DNA from: Treponemataceae bacterium
Lineage (GTDB): Bacteria > Spirochaetota > Spirochaetia > Treponematales > Rectinemataceae
Direction: 5' to 3'
Assembly: GCA_963678065.2 (NCBI GenBank)
Contig: CAXXVZ010000005.1
Coordinates: 1,184,001-1,248,000, forward strand
Length of the DNA stretch: 64,000 nucleotides
Shown: positions 57,689 to 64,000 of the stretch, one piece after another
Layout of the letters: every line of letters begins with the position of its first letter
How positions within the stretch are numbered: the first letter of the stretch is position 1
Made by a program: the position numbers and the translations under genes
The notes under the pieces: model-generated
What the model was told of the DNA's origin: nothing
The model's input: the letters and a program-made list of their open reading frames with translations, nothing else
Database searches by the model: none

Positions 57689-59473
57689 TCATCCCCGGCT
57701 ACCGGTCTTCCGGGCAGCGAGAACGCCGAAGCCGGCGGTCCACAGAACGGAGACGGCTGCGCCGCCGGCCAGGGCAGGCAGTATGGGCAAACCTCCGCGG
57801 TCAGGCCCGAGGTAAATGGCCATAACCCACCAGGTCGGGAAGATGCCCGCGAGGAGGCCCCATGGATCCGCGACGAAGGCGGGCAAAAGGGGCGCGAGGA
57901 GGACGAATCCGGCCAGCTTGGATATGGTCAGCCCTTCGACCTTGTTCCTGGCGAAGGCGAGGATCATCAGGGCGATCGGAGCGACGCAGAGGCTGGCCTG
58001 GAGGGCAGCCGCCGCGAGGACTGGCATTGACGGAGAAGGCAGTCCGAGGAGGGGAAAGGCGGCGAGACCGGTGGTAAATGCGAGTACGGAGGCTGCCAGA
58101 AGCCGGGCGGCGGCGTGGCGAAGCGCGCCGCGGGTCGTTGTCCCCATGGATTCGAGGATGCCCTCCTCGTACTCGTCGAGAAAGAGAAATCCCGCGAGAA
58201 ATCCGGACATGGACGCGCCGATGAGGAGGAAGAATCCTCCGAGGAATGGCGAGTAGGGTGCGAGGTCGATCACAGGCCGGAGCAGGCGCACGGCGAAGGG
58301 GAAGATGAAACGGAGGCCGACTGCCGCCAGGAAGGGAACGAATGGGATGATGGCGAGCATCCGGTCCCGAAGGATGATGCGGAGGTCCGCCGCGGGGATC
58401 GAGAGGATGGCGGGAATCCGAGGCAGGCGCCGTTTTGCCGGTTTGTACACGACCTGGTCCGATATCGCGCCTATCAGCGTGAGCGCATCCGTTTTCGCGG
58501 CTGCCGCCGATCCCGTTGTCGCTTCTGGAACCGCTGCACGGGCTTCCGATCGCCGCGCGAACGGTCGCCGCGCGGACTTCCGCAGGGAGGCATCCTCTCC
58601 TCCGTCGATCCGGATGCGCCAGGCTCGGGCGGCAGCGAATGCGGCGGCCATCGTCCAGGCAATCAGAACGAAGAGCCAACTCATAGTCTGCAGGATCTCT
58701 GAGCCAGAACCTTGCGCGGTGCGGCCGGGACCTTGGCCGAGGCCTCGGCCAAGGCCGAAGTCGATGAGCGAGATCACTGCGTGCGATGGAAGGACCTGCC
58801 AGACCGCCCAATCGCGAATGATTCCGAAGCGCGCGAGGAGAGGCGGGATGAAGGGCAGAAGCCAGAGCTCCGATGCGATGATGTAGTCTGTGATCGTGCG
58901 GAAGCGGGTCGCGGGGAGGATGCCCACGAGGGTGAAAAAGGCGGCCCCGATGCTGACGCCCGAACCGAGCCCGATCGCGAGACGGACCGGATCGACGGGG
59001 ATTCCCCTGCCTGCGAGCGCCAAAACGACGATGAGGGTAGAGGAAGCCAGCGCGAGCGCCGCGAAGGAAAGGACCCGGCCCGTCAGGTGCTCGCGGTATC
59101 CCGCGGGCGAGACGGACAAGGCATCCAGCGTGCCATCGTCGCGTTCCAGGTAGGCAAAACCGCCCACGAAATAGAAACCGAGGGCGCAGGGATCGGCAAA
59201 GAGAATGAAGGTCAGGATGTCGGGCACCATCCTGGCCGGGACGAGGAAGAGGACGGCGAGGTAGATGGCGCAGATGATTGCGTAGACCGTCCAGAATCCA
59301 CTCCGTCTCTGGATGCGCAGGTCCTTGAGGAAACAGCGAAGTACCAGGCCCGCGCTTCCGGCCGTCGATCCGGCACTCCGCCCGGTAGGGGCCCGCCGGA
59401 GGGAAGCTCGCCAGACAGGGGGAGCGCCGGTGTAGCCGACCATGTCTCCGCGGCGTTTTGCGGTCCGGTTCAT
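57689..59473 (-). CDS. fused double ABC-2-type exporter permease (resembles the Rv2686c+Rv2687c type)
   Basis: Two similar halves: GFYFVGG..YLERDDGTLDALSVSP and GFLAGFLFLDEYEEGILESMGTT; ARNKVEG; start uncertain. Confidence 0.75.
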   Translation of the reverse strand: MNRTAKRRGDMVGYTGAPPVWRASLRRAPTGRSAGSTAGSAGLVLRCFLKDLRIQRRSGFWTVYAIICAIYLAVLFLVPARMVPDILTFILFADPCALGFYFVGGFAYLERDDGTLDALSVSPAGYREHLTGRVLSFAALALASSTLIVVLALAGRGIPVDPVRLAIGLGSGVSIGAAFFTLVGILPATRFRTITDYIIASELWLLPFIPPLLARFGIIRDWAVWQVLPSHAVISLIDFGLGRGLGQGPGRTAQGSGSEILQTMSWLFVLIAWTMAAAFAAARAWRIRIDGGEDASLRKSARRPFARRSEARAAVPEATTGSAAAAKTDALTLIGAISDQVVYKPAKRRLPRIPAILSIPAADLRIILRDRMLAIIPFVPFLAAVGLRFIFPFAVRLLRPVIDLAPYSPFLGGFFLLIGASMSGFLAGFLFLDEYEEGILESMGTTTRGALRHAAARLLAASVLAFTTGLAAFPLLGLPSPSMPVLAAAALQASLCVAPIALMILAFARNKVEGLTISKLAGFVLLAPLLPAFVADPWGLLAGIFPTWWVMAIYLGPDRGGLPILPALAGGAAVSVLWTAGFGVLAARKTGSRG

Positions 59474-60351
59474 GAGGCGCTCCCCGTGCTATCCGCCGCG
59501 AGACTCCTGCCCGTCACCCTGATGAAAATCTCGTCGAGGCTCGCCTCTTCGGTGTGGAGGGTTTCGACCCTGCCCGAGCGGAGGAAGGCGCTACACTCCG
59601 TATCGTCGGCGATCCCGTCGAGTCCGAATCGCGCCGTGGCGAGGATTCCGTCCGGCCTGCGCACGCCGGCCACGAGGGATCTCCGGCCGTACCTGACCAT
59701 GAGGTCGCGGGGAGAGTCGATGAGCCTGATGCCGCCATCGACGATGAAGGCGGTCCTGTCGCAGATATCGGCTGCAAGGCTCATGTTGTGTGTCGCGAGG
59801 AAGACGGTCTTTCCTTCCGCCTTCCGGGCGACGATGAGGTCCCGCACGAGTCGGGCGCTCGTCGGATCTTGCCCCGAGGTGGGTTCGTCGAGGAAGAGGA
59901 GATCGGGGTCGTGGACGAAGGCCCGGCAGACGTTCAGCCGGATTTTCATGCCCTTCGAGAAGTCCGATACCCGCTTGTGGCCGGCATCCCCGAGCCCCAC
60001 CGATTCGAGCAGCTCCTCCGGAGATGGCCCCCGCTTCCGATACAGCGAGGCGAAGAAACGCAGGTTCTCGAGCGCCGTCAGCTTGCCGTACAGGTTCGGC
60101 ATTTCGAAGGAGACACCTATCCGCTCGTAGTAATCCCGCCGCATCGACGAGAGATCGCGGCCGAAGACGGTAACACGGCCCTCCCAGCCCTTGATGAGAC
60201 CAATGAGTATTTTCTGCGTCGTAGACTTGCCCGCGCCCGAGGGGCCGAGGAAACCGAAAATTTCTCCGGGTTTCACCTCGCAGGAGAGGTTCCGGACCGC
60301 CGGCTCGCTGGCGCCCGGGTAGCGGTAGCTCAGGTTTTCCATCGAGATCAT
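59470..60351 (-). CDS. ABC exporter ATP-binding protein
   Basis: GPSGAGKSTTQK, FSKGMK, LFLDEPTSGQD, THNM, SLDEIFI. Confidence 0.92.
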   Translation of the reverse strand: MISMENLSYRYPGASEPAVRNLSCEVKPGEIFGFLGPSGAGKSTTQKILIGLIKGWEGRVTVFGRDLSSMRRDYYERIGVSFEMPNLYGKLTALENLRFFASLYRKRGPSPEELLESVGLGDAGHKRVSDFSKGMKIRLNVCRAFVHDPDLLFLDEPTSGQDPTSARLVRDLIVARKAEGKTVFLATHNMSLAADICDRTAFIVDGGIRLIDSPRDLMVRYGRRSLVAGVRRPDGILATARFGLDGIADDTECSAFLRSGRVETLHTEEASLDEIFIRVTGRSLAADSTGSAS

Positions 60352-60971
60352 GGACGATTCTCCTTCCCGCTTGTCCGGAATACGGCTGCGCAGACTGCCC
60401 GGACGAGTTCACGGATCACCTCGCGGTGCACATCCCGCCCTATCTCATCGGGGGCAGCCATGGCGAGGAATACCGACTTGAACATCCCCGCGGCTACGGC
60501 CGGGGCCACCGCTGCCTCGAGCCCCTTGCCTGCCAGCAATCCGGAAATTTCAGCCATGAACCCGGCATCTCCGGACACGAGCCGTCCCTTCTCGTCGCCC
60601 GGAAGAGCGCGAAATATCGAATTGATGTTCGGATCCGCGAGAACGGCGGCGAGCAGCGGATCGCTTCCCGCGCGGACGAGGGCGGCAAGCACGATTTCCG
60701 CCACGGCATCCGGCGTCGGCGATTCGAGGGCATTTATTTCGCGGAACATGTGGTCGCGTGCGGCCTCTTCGATTTCGTCGAGGAGGGACATGAGCAGGGC
60801 CTCTTTGGAGGAGTAGAACGAATAGAACGACCCTTTCGCAATCCCTGCGGCCTTGGTTATATCCGCGACCGTCGTCGACCTGATGCCTCGCTCGGCGAAC
60901 AGTCGGACGGCCGAGGATTTCAGCTTCATCAGTATTCGGATCCGGTCTTCGGGAGAAAAATGTTCTGGCAT
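60348..60971 (-). CDS. TetR/AcrR family transcriptional regulator
   Basis: LFAERGIRSTTVADITKAAGIAKGSFYSFYSSKE HTH; ATGA overlap with the ATPase gene. Confidence 0.92.
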   Translation of the reverse strand: MPEHFSPEDRIRILMKLKSSAVRLFAERGIRSTTVADITKAAGIAKGSFYSFYSSKEALLMSLLDEIEEAARDHMFREINALESPTPDAVAEIVLAALVRAGSDPLLAAVLADPNINSIFRALPGDEKGRLVSGDAGFMAEISGLLAGKGLEAAVAPAVAAGMFKSVFLAMAAPDEIGRDVHREVIRELVRAVCAAVFRTSGKENRP

Positions 60972-60977
60972 GGGACG

Positions 60978-61039
60978 AGGATAGCGCAGAGGGTGGCGCG
61001 AGTCAATGACCGTATGACTAAGATGGTCATACGGTCATT
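60978..61039 (-). promoter_or_regulatory. promoter and TetR-type operator of the exporter operon
   Basis: Minus strand TTGACT-17-TATCCT, 6 nt before ATG; perfect 14-bp IR AATGACCGTATGAC-N7-GTCATACGGTCATT (61005-61039) overlapping the -35. Confidence 0.75.
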
Positions 61040-61200
61040 GCTGGTCCACCAGTTGCACACGGATTATCTTGGGGATGGAGAAGCACCTGCCTCGCCCTAT
61101 GACCGGTCCTGCAGGACCGGCCCCGCTCGTCGACCCGGGGCCGGGTCACCAGATCAGCCCGGCTCCCGGGTGATTGCGTCGTCGTCCATGGAGGCTTCGT

Positions 61201-63150
61201 TCAGACCAGCTTGAAGAGTTTTTTCAGCGTCTCCAGATTGCGGGAGTTGACCGTCTTCATGCCCTCGGATGTGTAGCTGTAGTCGATGAGGTCGCGGTAG
61301 ACGGTGGAGACGCGGTGGCGAACGATCTTCATCGTCGAGTTGACCGTGCCGTCCTTCTCGCCGAAGGATTGCGGCACGATCTGGAAGGCGGCGGGCACCC
61401 AGGCGTTCTGGACCTTCTTGCCCTTGTCGTCGGCGCGGAAGCGGTAGAACTCGTCCTTGAGCGCTTCGAGGAGAACGGCCGCGTCGGCGATGCCCCGAGC
61501 CTTCACGAGCTTCTCCACCTTGGCCGTATCGAGGGTGACGAGGGCGCAGCTGTACTTCTTGTGGTCGCACCAGACCATGATCTGGTCGATGTACTCCGTC
61601 GAGTTGGTGACTGCCTCCTCGATCTCCTCGGGGCTGTATTTCTCGGCGTCCTCCGAGATGAGAAGGGCCTTCTCGCGGCCCACGACGACGAGGAAGCCGT
61701 CTTTGTCCATGTAGGCGAGGTCTCCCGTGTAGAGCCAGCCGTCGCGCAGGGCCTGGGACGTGGCCTCGGGGTTCTTGTAGTAGCCTTTCATCACGTTCCC
61801 GCCGCGGATGGTGACTTCGCCGGTCTCACCGAGCGGCGCCTCGGTCCCGTCGGCGCGTACGATGCGGCATTCCATCGACTTCCCGAGGATGCCTGAAGTT
61901 CCGAATTTGTGTTTTTTCGGCACGTTGGACGAAATGATAGGCGCCGCCTCGGTGAGCCCGTAGCCCTGGTAGACGGGCACGCCGAGGGCCGCGAAGAACT
62001 CCTGCTGCTTCACGTCGAGGAGGGCGCCGCCGCCGACACAGAAGCGGATCGACTCGCCGAAGACCATCCTCGCGAGCTTTTTGAAGATGAGGATGCGCGC
62101 GAAGTGGTAGGGGAAGAAGGCTTTCGCGCGGGCCGCGGACGAGGGCTTGTCGTAGCCGTTGCCGTTCCGCGCGATGCCCGCCGTTATGCCGGCTTTGAAG
62201 ATCTTCTCGATCGCCCCACCCTTGTCTTCGATCCCCGAGATGATCTTTTTCATGAAGTTGCCGGAAAGCGCCGGCACCGTGAAGACGAAGATCGGATTCG
62301 CCTCGCGCATGTTGACCGGGATGTTGCGCAAAGTCGCGATGCCGCCGCCGCGCGAATCGACGAAGTAGAGCGAGATGCCGCAGATGAGGGCCGTATAGAG
62401 CCCGACAGTGTGGGCGAAGGAGTGGTCCACAGGCAGAATGAGGAGGGTGCGGAAGTGCACGGGGTTGTCGAAGAGGTCCACGGCGTCGTGACAGTTCGTC
62501 CAGTAGTTGAGGTGGGTGAGCATGATGCCCTTCGGGTTGCCCGTCGTGCCCGAGGTGTAGCAGATCGTCACCGTGTCGTCCTCTTCCGCCTCGACCGCGA
62601 TCCTGTCCAGCTCGGCGCCCAGCTTCCCTCCGGGGGCCGCGAGGAGGACGCGACCCTCTTCCCTCGCCTGGACGAAGCCCGTGACTCTCTCCGTATCGAT
62701 GCCGTACTTGGAGGCGGTCGTCTGCGCCCACTCGAGGTCTTCGTCGAGATAGACGATGCCGATGGACTTGTTGTCGACATCTTTGAAGGAGCCGAGGACT
62801 TTCTCGAGCTGGTTGTGGGTGGTCAGCACCGCCTTTGATCCGGAGTGATTGAGGCGGAAGGGGATCTCCTCCCCGAGAAGCTTGATGGAGAGCGGGACCG
62901 AGACACAGCCCGCGCAGACGAGGCCGAACTCCCCGATGATCCACTCGGGGCTGCCCTCGCCGATGATGGCGAAGTTGTCGCCCTTTTTGTATCCGCGGGA
63001 GAGCACCCAGGTGGCGAACTCCCTGACCTGGACGCGCGCCTGTGCGAAAGTGACAGCCCGGTAGCCCGAATCCGTCTTGCGCAGAGCGTAGGGATCATTG
63101 GCCCAGTTTTTGGCCGCTTCGTCGAGCATTCTGATGACTGTCCGCTTCAT
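61201..63150 (-). CDS. long-chain fatty acyl-CoA synthetase (AMP-binding)
   Basis: YTSGTTGNPKG, YQGYGLTE, GNVMKGYY, WLYTGDL, GREK; GAGGAG SD. Confidence 0.9.
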   Translation of the reverse strand: MKRTVIRMLDEAAKNWANDPYALRKTDSGYRAVTFAQARVQVREFATWVLSRGYKKGDNFAIIGEGSPEWIIGEFGLVCAGCVSVPLSIKLLGEEIPFRLNHSGSKAVLTTHNQLEKVLGSFKDVDNKSIGIVYLDEDLEWAQTTASKYGIDTERVTGFVQAREEGRVLLAAPGGKLGAELDRIAVEAEEDDTVTICYTSGTTGNPKGIMLTHLNYWTNCHDAVDLFDNPVHFRTLLILPVDHSFAHTVGLYTALICGISLYFVDSRGGGIATLRNIPVNMREANPIFVFTVPALSGNFMKKIISGIEDKGGAIEKIFKAGITAGIARNGNGYDKPSSAARAKAFFPYHFARILIFKKLARMVFGESIRFCVGGGALLDVKQQEFFAALGVPVYQGYGLTEAAPIISSNVPKKHKFGTSGILGKSMECRIVRADGTEAPLGETGEVTIRGGNVMKGYYKNPEATSQALRDGWLYTGDLAYMDKDGFLVVVGREKALLISEDAEKYSPEEIEEAVTNSTEYIDQIMVWCDHKKYSCALVTLDTAKVEKLVKARGIADAAVLLEALKDEFYRFRADDKGKKVQNAWVPAAFQIVPQSFGEKDGTVNSTMKIVRHRVSTVYRDLIDYSYTSEGMKTVNSRNLETLKKLFKLV

Positions 63151-63340
63151 GAAAAGCTCCTCGTCGCGGCGGCGCACTGTGCTCCCGCCGGGGTTGTGGT
63201 TTTGGAATGCGGTGTAAAGATATCATGCCCGATAGTCCCGGTAAAGACCGACGGACCGACGGAACTGTCGGACATGCCGCGCTCTTCGCCATTCCACACC
63301 ATGTTGCCTCAACCAGAAAGCAAACCGAAGGAAGGCGCAC

Positions 63341-63369
63341 TTGCGCGGCGGCGGGAAGGAAAGCATACT
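63341..63369 (+). promoter_or_regulatory. putative sigma70 promoter of the eut genes
   Basis: TTGCGC-17-CATACT, about 36 nt before the eutN ATG. Confidence 0.45.
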
Positions 63370-63405
63370 CTATTCCTAGCCATTCGAAGCATTCCCGAGG
63401 TGCCT

Positions 63406-63696
63406 ATGCGTATTGCCTTCGTGATCGGAACCGTGGTCGCCACCATGAAAGACGAGAAGCTCCGCGGGAGAAAACTCCTTCTCGCGAGGGAAACCGACCT
63501 CTCGGGCGCCGCCAAGGGCGATCCCTTCGTCGCCGTCGACACCGTGGACTCGGGCCCGGGCGACCTCGTCGTGGTCACGGAAGGCAGCTCGGCCCGCCAG
63601 ACCGCGTTCACAGAGGGCCTCCCCGTGGACGCCGTCATCGTGGCCGTGATCGACTCCCTCGAGACCGGAGGCAAGGTCACCTTCCGCAAAAGTTAG
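63406..63696 (+). CDS. eutN: EutN/CcmL bacterial microcompartment vertex protein
   Basis: MRIAFVIGTVVATMKDEKLRGRKLLL, VAVDTVDSGPGDLV, GSSAR, PVDAVIVAVID; GAGGTG SD. Confidence 0.92.
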   Translation: MRIAFVIGTVVATMKDEKLRGRKLLLARETDLSGAAKGDPFVAVDTVDSGPGDLVVVTEGSSARQTAFTEGLPVDAVIVAVIDSLETGGKVTFRKS

Positions 63697-63702
63697 GTCG
63701 AG

Positions 63703-64000
63703 ATGGACAGCGTTCGCTGCATGATCAGCGTCGGCATCGATGTCGGCACCACGACAACCCAGATCGTCTTCAGCGAGCTCAGCCTCGTCGAGATCGCCCG
63801 CGCCGGCCAGATCCCCCGCGTCGATATCGCACAGCGCGCAGTCCTCTATGAAAGCGATATCGTCTTTACACCCCTCCTCGACGCAGAGACTATCGACGCC
63901 GAAAGTCTCGCCGCCATCCTCCGCTCCGAATACGGGAAGGCGGGGATCTCCCCCTCCCAGGTCGAGACCGGAGTCGCCATCATCACCGGCGAGACAGCGC
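63703..64000 (+). CDS. eutA: ethanolamine ammonia-lyase reactivating factor (5' part, runs off the window)
   Basis: Own translation: MDSVRCMISVGIDVGTTTTQIVFSEL...YESDIVFTPL...EYGKAGI..SQVETGVAIITGETA. Confidence 0.88.
   Translation, partial: MDSVRCMISVGIDVGTTTTQIVFSELSLVEIARAGQIPRVDIAQRAVLYESDIVFTPLLDAETIDAESLAAILRSEYGKAGISPSQVETGVAIITGETA

Noticed and set aside
63200..63365. Cobalamin riboswitch or ANTAR hairpins upstream of eutN (GGAATGCGGTG and CGGGAAGG fragments)
   Set aside because: No AATCC partner strand, no GCCACTG, no B12 box and no paired hexaloop stems; the likely promoter lies downstream of most of these fragments.

Overview
GC-rich bacterial chromosomal segment, most likely from a free-living anaerobic spirochaete. 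This is inferred from thyX, the short RpoS-like sigma factor and several spirochaete-type hypothetical proteins; it is not proven. It holds about 57 CDSs, one tRNA-Gly(CCC) and a SAM-II riboswitch in front of metK. Housekeeping genes include metK, glpK, thyX, fabD-fabG-fabF, glgX, tldD/pmbA, add, acyP, tex and an acyl-CoA synthetase. There is a surface-polysaccharide cluster (wbaP, wzx, three glycosyltransferases, a deacetylase, a CelD-like GNAT, an Omp85-like and a Wzi-like OMP), a LacI-controlled PfkB/GH4/'iron-family' ABC sugar locus with two visible operators, a TetR-controlled ABC exporter, and the start of an ethanolamine microcompartment locus (eutN, eutA). I found no integrase, transposase, prophage or CRISPR array. 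The most notable observations are: (1) a sigma54-type promoter plus an SD/AUG-sequestering hairpin before the RpoS-like sigma factor, resembling the Borrelia RpoN-RpoS cascade; (2) the SAM-II riboswitch appears to gate a 41-codon leader ORF whose stop abuts the metK RBS; (3) a membrane-anchored Schlafen/AlbA_2 protein with an intact catalytic motif next to a low-GC Cys-rich gene; (4) an unannotated secreted protein with a DAVSGAS flavinylation motif; (5) widespread in-frame Gly/Ala/Pro loop insertions, several showing tandem-duplication periodicity. All family calls come from recognising motifs by eye; no database searches were run.
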